A stretch of DNA of 63,825 nucleotides, filler included, from Perkinsus olseni (lineage: Eukaryota), in NCBI GenBank assembly GCA_013115125.1. It is 5 parts of 5 records of this genome, joined end to end, with 100 filler letters (N's around TTAATTAATTAA, not from the genome) between each part and the next. Parts side by side here need not be neighbours in the genome. Positions count along the whole stretch, not along the records: positions 25,650 to 38,327 come from JABANN010000784.1; positions 38,428 to 51,101 come from JABANN010000785.1; 3 more parts are not named here. One strand, written 5' to 3'. Below the pieces are notes generated by a model that worked only from the letters and a program-made list of their open reading frames with translations, did not search any database and was not told where the DNA came from. Positions within the stretch are counted from its first letter, which is position 1, and every line of letters begins with the position of its first letter. Of this stretch, positions 30,772-46,829 are shown piece by piece. The position numbers and the translations under genes were made by a program.

Positions 30772-33700
30772 CTAGGGCTTGCCGTCTCCCGCTCTCGAGG
30801 AACGGAAGAGGGCGGCACCGGGACCCAGGAGGCCCACCTTGACGAATAGATGCATGAACAAGGCCACTGCGGTGAGTAGTATTGTCATGAACATACGATA
30901 ACCGAGGGAGAATACGTTGTTCGGGCCGTCATAGCCGAGAGCCGATATTTCGGGACTGTCGTATGGCAGGATCTCCAACGCTCCTTCAGGTGGTCGACAG
31001 TGGTCCTCTGGAGTAGGAGTCCAGTCCGGGTAGCCTAGCTGCTGATAGCGATGAACTTGAGGGCCCAGGAAGCAGCCACCGATGTTGCCGACTGAGAATC
31101 CACTAACGAACGGTATTGTTCCCGTCGCTAGGGAGGAGCCGCTGTCACAGCTGACCCGATAGACGCAGGAGAAGTCACTGGGGTCCACCCAGAGCAAGGC
31201 GAACGTGAAGACCATGAAACACGCGTAGAAGATGGTCACGCTCCAATTACGCAGGACAGCGAAGCGGAACTCGCCTCCGTAACTAGCCGTGAAAACATGG
31301 TTCACTAATACGGTGAACATGACAAAGACAAGCACAGCGGTGTCGTAGTTGTCGCCTTTCTTCATCCAGTCTTTGGGCGGGACCTTCATGTCGAGCGTGT
31401 CCACTCTGTAATACCAATGAGAAGCAAGTGGTGACCATAGCACGGCGTAGGATACTATGAGGGCTAGGAACGCTACACAGGCGGGCACCAGACACGCTAG
31501 GACTGTACGCCATCCCAGCAGGGAAGCTGTCGGACGATAGCCGGTGAGGCGATGAGATGGTCCGGAGAGAGTCGCCGTCCATACCATGAAGACACCGAGG
31601 AGGATGTCAGTCATTATGAAGATCCATTCACCAACATTGAAGTTACCGAGGATGGTGATGAAAAGTCGACCAACTGTGAGGATCAGGGCATAGACGATGT
31701 AGTAGGAGTAGGTGGCTAAATTGGTGGCCAGACATGCTCTACCTTCACGTATGAGATCGACGACAGTAATAAGACTACAGCCATCACGACATGAACTGAA
31801 GGGTGATACCATAGAGGCTTCAGCCTGGGATAATGCCATAGCAGCATGAGCAGCACGTAAAGCACCACAATCATTACCACCATCACCACACATACCAACC
31901 ACCAATTTACGTGATTGATACCATTTTACAACTGTTACTTTATCCGACGGTTTCATCCGAGCATAGACTAATATATCATACCAATACTTCTCCAACTTAT
32001 CAGGTTCTTCATGATAAAGATACCTCCATGCCTTACGGGTCACTACTAACTGGTGAACACCTTTTATGGGTAGGATGTCCTGTAGACTGGACTGGTCGGG
32101 GTCCGACCATACAAGTCGTTGTTGTTGGTCTACATCACCGAGTAGTACTGGTCTAGTAGTATCTATTATACCAACCTCCTTGGATATACCAATAGCAGTT
32201 AAAGGATTATCACCGGTACACACTACACTACGAACATCCCCTTCCCGTAACATATTAATAGCCAAGGCACTGTCAGGCTTAACCTCGTTCTTGAACAGTA
32301 ACAGGCCCAACAACGTCAACGGGCTCTCAATTTCCGCTCTGCTCATCTCGAGGACCCGGCCGACTGCAGCAGAATCAATCTCGCGCATCCCCAATCCCAG
32401 CACATACATGCTCGACCCCGCCAGACTATCGGCGACCTCCGAGAAATCCTCCGGAACTCCTCTCGCTCCACAGCACTCCCCTATGCGCTCATGGGAACCC
32501 TTCACCGAGGCCAAGACGCGGCCACTCCCCCGCTCCCGGACTACGCAGCCGCTGGTCATTCGGACATGGTCGAAGGGCAGCAGCCTGAGCACGTCTAAGA
32601 CAGTCTTGCCGTCGGGAGACGTAACAGTGGTAGTGTCACCGCCGACCGAGAGGGACCATCCGCACCTCTCTAGCATGGCAATCTCTACTTGGTTGCCTAC
32701 CAGTCGGTTATCACGAAGCCTTCTGACCGTATGGCATGCGGCCAAACCGTACAAGATTTGGATGGGGAGGTGATTGCTCGCCAATGGGTCTGTAAAATCG
32801 ACGCGGTTAGTGAAGCTCCCGTCACGCACAGGGAGGACCGCGGAGAGCTCCATACCATCCTTAGTGATGGTACCGGTCTTATCAAATACCATAACGGACA
32901 TTTTACCGGCTACCGGTATCCTCTCCGGTTGAAGGCAGAATATTTTATGATGATTACGTAGACGTTTGGCAGCCACTGTTTGGCCCATTACCATTGCTAC
33001 TGGTAACATGGGGTTCAATGACTGCAGCAAGACCAAGAAAATCTGCAGGAGAGTGACGATCCAATTGCCCATGTTTGTAAGGCCGAGGTAAAGGAAGGAG
33101 ATGAGCATAGCGTAGGCAAACATGATGCCATAGACTATCGGCAGTTGGTCGTGGTATTTGAACCTGCCATACAAAATACGGGCCCTCCGGTGTTGCGAGC
33201 CTTTCTCGATCATTCTTATCAATGACGACCTGACTCGAACAGAGTGATGGACGATATTCTCTCACCGCTGAGGATTCCAATATTATTACACGCTGATGGA
33301 GGTTAACAGCGACGGATGAGGATCATCTTACTACCTGACCGACTGGGGGAACATGACCATCCTGATAAGCTGGCCCTTGGTTGTTGAACCCCCGACAGCT
33401 GTGACGACCATAACTGCCTTCTCATGCACACCAGTAGATTCCATGCACAGCGTACCTGCATGCTTACGATGTGACGCTCACTCTGATGATAGCGACTACA
33501 CAAACGATCAACGGATAGAGAGGATTTCACGCCTACCAGTCCGACGACGACGACGACGATGAGTCACGGCTTCGAAGGGAAGCAAGAACTAAGCGGCACT
33601 CTCAACGACATAGCAGGGAGAACAACTACACAAACCCGGGTACTGCCTGCATGGACCAGACTCTTCGACGTGAATACAAAAGCTTCAGCATCGGTTGTAT

Positions 33701-34943
33701 TTGTAGCGATCTTTTGAACTGGCATGGGCTCTCCAGTGAGCATGGATTCGTTAACAACAGCAGCACCGATCAGGATGTGGCCGTCGCAAGAGATCTCACA
33801 GTCCTCCACTTTTATTATGTCGCCCAGAGTGACTTCACATGAAGGTATCACTGACCACTCCGAGTCCCTCAGGACAGCGACGTCGGTGGAGTGTCGAGCA
33901 AGCTCCGCCACTTTCTTCTGGCCTCTACGCACTATGAAAAGGGCCTTGACGCATCCAGTGACTATCATCATTAGGAACCATATAAGTCCTATGTTCCATC
34001 CACTGTAGCCGAGGTAGGTCCACGAGCCCATACTCTGGACCACGTAAAACAGGCTGCTGAACTCGGTGACAAGACACTTCAGGACCGATGGCACTTCCAC
34101 AACGATTTCGTTAGGACCAAGAACTTCCCGCCTCCCGGCTGCCTCCAACTGGCTGAGTCCACCACAGGCTAGTAGCCTTCTAGACTCCTCAGGTGTTATT
34201 TCAGTGCTCTCAGCGGCCGGGCGGAACCGATCCTCCTCTTCCTCGTACACATAGCGCATACATGTGTACTCGATAACTCGATCTCCACCATCGCTCACTT
34301 CAACCGGTACAATACTCTTCTGAGATGCTGTCCTGAACCGCTGAATCAGCTGACGCCAGTTCGCCAAGATCCTACGAGAAATACTCGGCAGAGGCTCGTC
34401 GGACGTTTCACCAGGGTCCCCTATAACGGTCTCGTCCAGGGCTGGGACCACTTCCTCAATCAGCACGTAGCCAGCGGTTGCCAACGATTGGGGCACCATA
34501 AACCAAGCGCGAATGGCGTCATAGAAGGAGATGAAAAAAGCCGCCGTAGCATGGAAAACGACGAATGTGAATAAATAGGGGCCCATGATACCGTTCCAAT
34601 CGGTACCCATAGCAGCATAGAGGGCAGGGAAGTAGCTCACAGGAGCCAATAGCACCATCACTACGAAAGCTGTGACCATGACCGCTAGCCAGCCTATCCG
34701 AGTGACCTCCCCCGCTTGGGATACAGCATAGCCGGTTTGTACGAGGCATCTTCCCACCGAGCCATCAGCGCAGACGAATGAAAGCTTTCGTGTTTCAGAG
34801 GACCCATCCTTCGCTGTTTGACTCTTGGCGGCTCTCCGGCGGACGAGCTCCCGTCGGTATACCGAAAAACTAATGGTGATTAACGTTAAGATGATGAGAA
34901 CTGTTCCCCAGCATAGTAGGAAGAGGGCTGGGAAAACCATATG
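30772..34943 (-). CDS. P5-type ATPase (ATP13A-like), copy 2; complete, with few introns
   Basis: NESMLTGEPMPVQK, TTKGQLIR, NPMLP, DKTGT, VCTGDNPLTA, VYARMKPSDK, MCGDGGNDCGALRAAH, LIREGRACL and C-terminal TM helices. Confidence 0.92.
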
Positions 34944-35099
34944 GCACAAGCGGACGGTGCGCTGTGCTGTGATATCAATGCTGAACAAAAGAGGAGTGGC
35001 CGACGCCTAGGTAAACGCAACGATCATCGTGCCACGATGATCGTGGTCGGCTGATGCAATACTAGAGAGTCCCTAGCAGCGCAACCACTGATCGCCTAG

Positions 35100-37100
35100 A
35101 TGTAAAGAAAGAGAGCTCCTCTTAAGAACTAAACGCAACTCGAGCAGGTTGATCGGGGAGAACATTGAAACGCTGAACATGAGCGGAATAAACGCTTACG
35201 CAGCATTGTTATCCGGTACAGCAGCTCGCTCGTGGTCACCACACAACTCATTCTGCCACCACACTGTGCTGGTGGCCACTGGGCCGGTCGACCGAGACAA
35301 TCCACGGCGCGAAAGTACCTGATCACACGACCGTAAGGAACCGATGAATCGATGGCTCGCGAGAGCCTCTGGTCCAGCTTCTGGGCTCCGGAAGCGCGCT
35401 GCGACGCTCCACCATTCGGGCCTATGGCTATCGTTAAATTCCAGGCCCGCCCCTGGCACAAGTTGCTATGCAACCCACGCCCCGCACATGGTGTGGCCAA
35501 CACCACGGTAAATGTATGATCAACACAGAAGGGCATTGAAACTTTTCGTTAATTGCGCTATGAACATGGGGTACCATGAAACGGAAAGTTTGAGCGGCTC
35601 GAACCGGGAGCAACTGGGAATGAACTTGTCAACACAGAGAGCTTCACCGAGGTCAGTGATCTCTGAAGCTTGTGACTTAGGTCTCGAACGAACCGCTCGA
35701 CACCCTGATTTTGCTGTGAGGTGACTACATTATGTAGTGTACATTCCAATAGCTCCATTCTACGTAGTACGTATGACGCTCAATCAGCGTCACAATTGTG
35801 CCCAACTCTGCGTCAACCTCAACTGGGACGATCCTATCAAAGGTACAGAGAAGCTTGGTGCCGTCGTCTAGCTACTCCACCATCACAAATCCACGACACA
35901 TACTCTTGTGAGCATGGCAGAGAGTCTGCGCTCAGGAATCCGAAGCAGCCGTTCGCCAAATAGCGAATAGCCACCAACAGTTTGTTCATGACGGCGCACC
36001 AGTAAGTCGAGGAAGGAACACCTAAGCTGGTTTAGGTTGAGACTCACGCTACCGAATCTTCTGTAGTACATAGCGCTGTAGGGCCCCCCTCATGGAGAAG
36101 ATGCGTCCCAAATGGGGGGCGCCCAATATCCGGAACGCATGTTAAAGCCAGGAATCTCACATCAGTTGTCAATACCAACTGGGAATTGCCAACGGATCGT
36201 TGCCAACCCGGCAACGTCCGCTGACATCACATGACAAGTCAGCTCAAGGCTTCGGTACTTGTGCGGGTAGTCGATATGACACCGGCCATGACACTCATGG
36301 ACCGCGGCCGCAAGGCTATTGCCCAGCCGCTGGCAGCGGGTCTGGCGCTGCCGACGCTGAAGACGACGATCCGAGTCGGGGGCCCCTACCCAGCACAGTG
36401 TGTGAGGTGGTCGCCGACCACTGGTCGGCACCTGCTACTGTGGCGCCATTCCATCGACGAGGCAATTCCGAAAACCATGTTCGACTAAATCCATCGAACG
36501 AGAGTAGTGAGGATCCAAAACCTCTAACGGAAAACGGACAGACGAATTCGCTGAAAGGCATTCAAAGAAAATTGTCCAAAGACTTTTGTCTTATGTACTA
36601 TGTTTAATGGCGAGACGAGGTCCGTTGCCCACCGTAATCTTTGCATTCTCCTCATCACTTGGAGCCGATGTGATAATCACATTGTGATTGTTGAATCTGC
36701 GCGCATCGAAATCCTACAGGAGAGCCTTCTCAGACTGCGAAGCTGATCGCCGAGCAGCAAGACACCAGTACGGTCGAACCACCAATGAAGCGCCCGAGCC
36801 TCGGGCCTTTGCCGTGCATACCTCGGGCCCCGAGGTATGCATGGCAAAGGCCAAAACTGAGCTGAAAGACTCGCGGACGGTAAGGGAACTGGAGAGCAAG
36901 AGAGAATTGGAGAGACAACACAAGCAATAGATGGTGTGAAAGGAGACAGGGTTAGTACATCAACTCTGCCAGGAATTAGTAAACTACAGTTGAAGGAGTA
37001 GTAACGAGAAACTGACGGTGAACCAGCAGCACTCGTGACGACAACGGTTGCAGCTACTGAGGCAACGAGGGACAGGCTCCAGCCAGCCGTTAACATCATA
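35100..37100 (-). CDS. Possible multi-exon secreted hypothetical protein
   Basis: MMLTAGWSLSLVASVAATVVVTSAAG signal-like start near 37100 followed by GT-AG-bounded Cys-containing segments. Not resolved. Confidence 0.25.
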
Positions 37101-37321
37101 ATGGGGTGCCGGAATTGACCCTTCGTCAAGTATGCGGCGCGCGAAGGCAAAAGCTTGTCGAACGTGCAACTGAGCAAGAAGCGACTACATGTTGGAAAGA
37201 AGATAGAAATAGGACCACAGAAATACGAATCTACTAATGAGCTGTACACAACCTGGGACTTAACGATCACTCATCGAGGAAGCTGTCACGAATCCAGCTG
37301 TGACGAGAGAGCACGTAGGAG

Positions 37322-38327
37322 CTAGACAGATGGTGGTGAATCGACAGAGGACTTCCTCGATCGCTGCCAACGACGGATCAGACTCGCTACTGGACCAAGG
37401 AGGCCAACCTTGACGAAAAGGTGAAGGAAGAGGACGGCTGAGCCCAATATGATAGTATCGTCAATCCTGTAGCCCGTGGAGAATACATTATTGGGACCGT
37501 CGTAGCCAAGGGTTGAGATCTCCGGACTATCATAAGGCAGCAACTTGAGAGCTTCTGCTGGAGGCATACAGTTGTCGGCCGCATCGGGGGTCCAGTTGGG
37601 GAAGCCGAGCTGCTGATACCGGTGGATCTGCGTACCCAGGAAGCAGCCACCGATGTTTCCCACCGAAAATTGGCTAACGAACGGGATCTCACCAGTGGCC
37701 AGGGAGGCGCCACTGTCACAGCTAACGCGGTAGACGCAGGACAAATCACACGGGTCGACCCACAGGAGGGCAAAACTGAGAGCGGTGAAGGCAAGATAGA
37801 AGATATTCAAGCTCCAATTACGTAGGATATTGCATCGGAAGGCACCTCCGTAGGAAGCAGTATAGCAGTGGGTGACCAATATGACCAACAAGACAAACAC
37901 CTGTACAGCAGAGTCGTAGTTGTCGCCCTTCTTGGTCCAGTCCTTAGCCTGAATATTCAAATCAAGAGTATTGACGTAGTAATACCAATCCGCGTTCTTA
38001 GGTGACCATAGGATGGCATAAGCAATGATTTGGCAGAGGTAGGAGCATACGATCGGGACAGCACAGGCGAGGATGGTTCCCCAGCCTAGCAGGGAGGCTG
38101 TGGGTCGGTAGGGAGCCAATTTTTTGGTGGGACCGGAGAGAGTCATCGTCCAGACCATACCGACTCCCAACAGAAGATCAGTCATGAGATAGACCCATTC
38201 GCCGAGGTTGTTGTTGCCGATGATGGTACCGGATATTCTGACGCCGGTGAGGACGAAGGCATAGACGATGTAGTAGGAGTAGGTGGCTAGATTGGTGGCT
38301 AGACATGCTCTACCTTCACGTATGAGA
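37322..38327 (-). CDS. P5-type ATPase, copy 3; 3' part, truncated at the gap
   Basis: LIREGRACLATNLATYSYYIVYA...PTASLLGW...KKGDNYD...YGGAFR is colinear with the C-terminus of copy 2. Confidence 0.88.
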
Positions 38328-38427
38328 NNNNNNNNNNNNNNNNNNNNNNNNNNNNNNNNNNNNNNNNNNNNTTAATTAATTAANNNNNNNNNNNNNNNNN
38401 NNNNNNNNNNNNNNNNNNNNNNNNNNN
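38328..38427. other. Assembly gap with artificial linker
   Basis: TTAATTAATTAA at 38372-38383. Confidence 0.95.

Positions 38428-38496
<69 letters not shown>
38428..38496. repeat. (TAG)n microsatellite at the contig start
   Basis: Read directly from the sequence. Confidence 0.95.
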
Positions 38497-38497
<1 letters not shown>

Positions 38498-40306
38498 TTA
38501 CACGAAGCTATTATTAGATGCTTTTCCTTCTCCTCCTCCTCCTCCTCCTCCTCCTCCTTGTGTCCTTCTTGTTGTTGTTGTTGTTGTTGTGGTGGTGGTG
38601 GTGGTGGTGGTGTTATACAGAGCCTCAATTCTCTGAGTTCCGGTTTGAAGTATGGTATTGGACAATAGTATTTAGTCGCTACTGCATGACATTCAATAAT
38701 ACCACCACCACCAGCACCACCACCAGCACCACCATCACCATCACTAATACTACTACTAGTGGTAGTAATTGTTGGTAATAATGATGCGGGCATGGTGATA
38801 TTATCATCGATGAACTGTACTGATTCTACCAGACGGTTCCACTCTTTCTGATCTCTTTTATCATAGAGAACATTGTATCTGTATTGATAATATTAATAAT
38901 AAGACGATTTATCGATGATGATGCTGTTGATTGCTGTTGTTGTTGTTGTTGTTACACTTGTTTGACAGTATACTCAGGGAAGTCACAGTCCAGACGGCAT
39001 AGTTTGCCACCATCATCTAATTCACGCATATTAGCCTGATAATATTGATGATGGTTGAGGATATATACAGCTATTGTATTGCTTACTTCAAGATTCCTTT
39101 TACTCTCGAATAGATTGTCAACAGGTTGTGGTATCCAACCTTTGGTAGTGGTTAGGTCATCATCATCAGCATGATGATCATCACTCGTTGTTGATGACGA
39201 TGATGTTACTAATGGTCTACAATACTCAACTGCCTTCTTATATGTTGACGATAAGAAATCATCTTGATCCAATGAAGAGGGGGGAGCAAAAACGGTAACA
39301 GGAGCAGCAGCAGGAGTGGCAGTGGCAGTACCTGTGAGAAGAACATGCAGGCGAAGAATAGAATTGTTGGTATGGACAAGATGATGACGATGATGAAGCA
39401 TCATTACTTTCATCATTATCCTCAACATCCTCTTGACATGTATCATAAGGACTCTCTCGGGTACTATCATCATCAGCCATCTCCTCCACTTGGTGTGGTT
39501 GTTGTCCATAATCACAACATGTTGTATAATCACAGTCCTCGTCATCACCATAAGAATCGGTACCAATAGTAGACCACGATGAGGAGAAGTAAGGTGTAGC
39601 TGATTTATTACTCAAGGATCGCGATATCCTAATAATAGCGGAAAAGCTAAGTCTATTGATATTGTGATAGCCAGTGATTATCATCACCACCACCAACACC
39701 AACAATGAATGCTGAGCGGTGGGCGGTTGTACTACCTGTTAATTGATGATGACATTAATCCTTCACCTTTCCCTCCTCCCTCTGATGATGATGGTACTTC
39801 ATCATCATGTTGTTGTTGTGGTACAACTAGTTCTCCTAATGACTTCCTGTGTTGTGTCATTCTACAGGATGATGACGATGCGGCGTGTGGTGGTAGTAGT
39901 AGTAGTAGTAGACGTCCACTGTGGGAACAACAACAGTAATCAACACCAGTAGTGCTACTATTACTACCAGCTCCCACTGCTGCTGTTATCATGCTCACTA
40001 TCATCACTGCTCTTGTTGTTGCCTACTCTACCACCACATGTACGATATAATATTGATGACAGACTTCTCCTGCTGCTTCTACTTGTGGTAGTACTGGTAG
40101 CACCTGACGTGTCTGCTGACTTGGAATCATCGCATAATACTGCTGCTTTTCTTCTTCTTCTTGTTGTTGCCGACGCGTGGTTATGATGTTTTATCATTGA
40201 AACTGTTGTACTAGTAATGGATAATACTAACATCACTACCAGTAGTAAAGACTATGAACACAACAATGATGATGATGATGTTATTATTATTATTACCATA
40301 TCCAAA

Positions 40307-40378
<72 letters not shown>

Positions 40379-40900
40379 CCGCTGAGTGGTCATCGCCACC
40401 ACGACCACCACCACAATCACCACCTCGTCAAAACGTGTTAAAGATTCTTGGGTCCGGAACTTGACTTGAGTGTGCGCCATGACTCCTCCCAGACAGGGTG
40501 TCCGGCTCGAAGACAGCCCGTCCTGTCGCCGCAGGGTTACAGTCCATATCTGGCAACATATCATTCTTGCAAGATCTCCAATATGTCGAGATACAGTCTC
40601 TAATCTGTGTAGAGAAGGAAGGAGCTGGAATACGTGTGCAATTATAACTACATCCTAGCCCATATCCTTGCTGGCTAGTAGTTGTCAGCTTCCCTCAGGA
40701 GCGGGGAGGAGATAAGCGCCATCCACTTGTATGATGATCGGAAGAAGTGGTATAGATGAGAGCAATATTGAATAATCAGTTTATGAATGAGCACTCCCCG
40801 TTGAGTTGCTTCTCTCCGGGTCTCTGTGACTATGCCGCCTCTCACATGTCCAGCCGATCTTCAGTTCATGATTGTATGATCATCATCATCGCCATATTAC
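38497..40900 (-). CDS. Hypothetical multi-exon, low-complexity protein
   Basis: Protein-like segments between homopolymer tracts: LETVSRHIGDLARMICCQIWTV...RFDE; KAVEYCRPLV...GWIPQPVDNLFESKRNL...RLDCDFPEY; KYYCPIPYFKPELRELRL. Confidence 0.4.
40310..40378. repeat. (TAG)n microsatellite
   Basis: Read directly from the sequence. Confidence 0.95.
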
Positions 40901-41279
40901 CCATATGATGGTGTTGTTGGATAGGTGGGAGACTCTACTAAGGAGAGGCAGACGATAATGATGTGTAAGTGAGAGTGACTCGCATCACTCCAACGGTGGT
41001 ACCAGTGATACTAAGGAGAAATTAAAGTGTCATAAAAGAATCTGAACCAAAGTAAAACGAGTCCGTATGCTTTCTGTTGTCATTGGGAATGCCTCATTAC
41101 TGTATGAGATTGTCTTTCTTATTGAAATACACACGACATTCAGAAACAGCGGTCACTAATGTGATCCATCATCATCGTCGGACATTGTTGTTATCGTGGG
41201 GATATCATTTCCCAATAGGGAAAAGTAATTACAACAAACGACAACATCAGCCTGTTTCGTAATAAGAACAATCTCTTAA

Positions 41280-42230
41280 ATGTCAATTTCACCAGAGCCA
41301 AATTGGGACAATGCGTGGACAGAGCGTGTCCCCTTCCATCAGCCACTCCCAGTGATGTATCACTCTGTTTACATCTTTTATGTTGGACAATATTCCCTTA
41401 AGTTGCATCATACTACTGTTGTATCATCAATGGTCAAGGGATCTGCGGTATCGGTGGGCTTACAAATGCCGAATCACGTGCTATAGGGTGCCGGTACCAG
41501 CAAATAAATTTGATGCTGATTATCTTGAAAAGGGCCAGACACCCAACCATCACTCGCCCAGTGAGAGGTGAAAGCCGCTCCTCCTCCTCCTTCGGATCCT
41601 GTATCACCAAGCCTGTTGATTCTGGAATACAACAACATATACATAACTATCGTCCATTAGCGTCCATTAGCGTCCTCAGCATTCTCTCCTCCTACCCACC
41701 ATTATGATACCATCATCAAATACTGCGAGGGACAAGACATCACCTCCTACTCATCATCATAATCGTATTACTACAACAGGGTATAGTGACAATACCATGA
41801 CCATCACCCACCATGGTGCGATACCGACATTATCGAGACCCCTTGGCGGTGGGAGGTATTCATTAATAATACCACAATATGATGATAAAGTAGATGATAA
41901 GCATACTGTCATCACTAGATGCCATAGTATCATGCATCATATACCTTGTAGGATGTAGCTGGCATCAACATCAGCAGCAGCAGCAGCAGCAGCAGCAGTT
42001 CCATGTTGATGGTGTTCATCAGGTCGTGTATGGTCATACTGGAGGCAGGCATGGCATCATGCACCCCACAGTAGTCCTCCTCCCGATCCGACAAGAGTAT
42101 GCCAGAGTGTGGTATTACCAGGAGTAGGACAGGACTCGACTAAATGGGATATACTGCCAATAACAAATCATCATCATATACCAGTAATAAGGATGAACAT
42201 TAACCTGTATGAATGATGTTCATGTTATTA
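41280..42230 (+). CDS. Hypothetical multi-exon protein
   Basis: Spliceable segments PNWDNAWTERVPFHQPLP...VPVPANKFDADYLEKGQTP...PPPDPTRVCQSVVLPGVGQD. Confidence 0.3.
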
Positions 42231-42928
42231 GTTTCATTCAAGTAGCATCATAGTCGGTCATACTACCACAACTACTGTACCATCATGCAACTGCGGTAAC
42301 TTCACAATCACCCCTCTGCCACTCGGAGACTTGATACACCATCGTGTATTATTATAATAGCAACAACAATGGACGGTGGTCCAACAACAAGAGAAGTAGG
42401 AGACAAGACTGGCAAAAGGAGCTGGTGTGTACGTAATACGAGGGTGCTCCATGATCACCATGCATCGACCTTAGATTTTTCATGTGCCACTAGACACCCT
42501 TACAGTATGTAGTTGATGAGTTCCTAACGTTCACTATGTGATGGTATGGGACGGATAGTATTGTTAATGATGACGTTACAATTAGTGCCAGTGGTATTAT
42601 CGTCATTAGATTCATTAGATTATTGTAGACGTAGGATCTGACTTTGGGAATACTATGCTGGTGGTGTTGAGTACTGAATTATCACCACGTGTGTGGTACG
42701 TAATAGTGCCAACACACGTGTCCATATTCAATAACCATCACCACTAAGATACTGAGGAGGCTGCGTCCTATCACTTATAGGTATGTTGTTGTTGTTGCTC
42801 CGTAGCATGATAATATCATTTCTCTAACTATCAACACAAGCAGCATGACGCCTTACGTTGCCATCATCGTAGATGATGAAACTTGGTAAATATGATTAGA
42901 AGACTACCAATGGTAGACAGCATCGTCA

Positions 42929-46240
<3,312 letters not shown>

Positions 46241-46285
46241 GTATGCAAGATAGTGACAGGTCATTATCATCGGCACAAACATCGG

Positions 46286-46819
46286 CTGTCACTAAATTCT
46301 CTGTCCTAATCACTAAATCTAGCGCGCGCCCAACTGATCGATATCTGCGCGCTTTCTTACTGCTGCCGCCTCTTCCGGACTCCGGAATCCGGAGCCGATT
46401 AAAGTGCCCTGGGGTAACCCTTTGGGTTTATGGTTGCCTTGGGTAACCAGAAACGGTTTCTGATTGCCTTGGGCAACCCTTCGGGTTCCTGGTTGCGCGC
46501 GCCCAACTGATCGATATCTGCGCGCTTTCCCACTGCTGCCGATTCCTCCGGAGTCCGGAGCCGATTAAATAGCCCCTTCCGGTTTCGGGTTGCCTTGGGT
46601 AACCCTTCGGGTTTCTGGTGGCAATTCTTTTGTTTTTCTGCTGAGGGCCAACTTCATCACCATGCCGAGAGCGGAACGTGTTCGCTGGTTGTATACGATG
46701 GGCCATGTGCGCTATGAGCAGTGCAAAACGCAACACGTGTGTGGGGAACGCGGCGCGCAGATATCGATCGGTTGGGCGCGCGCTACTTTTAGTAATTAGG
46801 ACGGAGAATTTAGTGACAC
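46286..46819. mobile_element. Non-autonomous TIR element (MITE), about 534 bp, with roughly 65-bp imperfect TIRs and a putative 4-bp TSD (TCGG)
   Basis: The left end CTGTCACTAAATTCTCTGTCCTAATCACTAAATCTAGCGCGCGCCCAACTGATCGATATCTGCGCGC mirrors the right end. TCGG occurs at 46282-46285 and 46820-46823. It is a GC-rich island in an AT-rich contig and has an internal direct duplication. Confidence 0.8.
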
Positions 46820-46829
46820 TCGGTGGACG

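Noticed and set aside
32066-32773. Long antisense ORFs (also 60662-61333 and 16732-17256)
   Set aside because: They are shadows of real genes on the opposite strand and have no motifs of their own.
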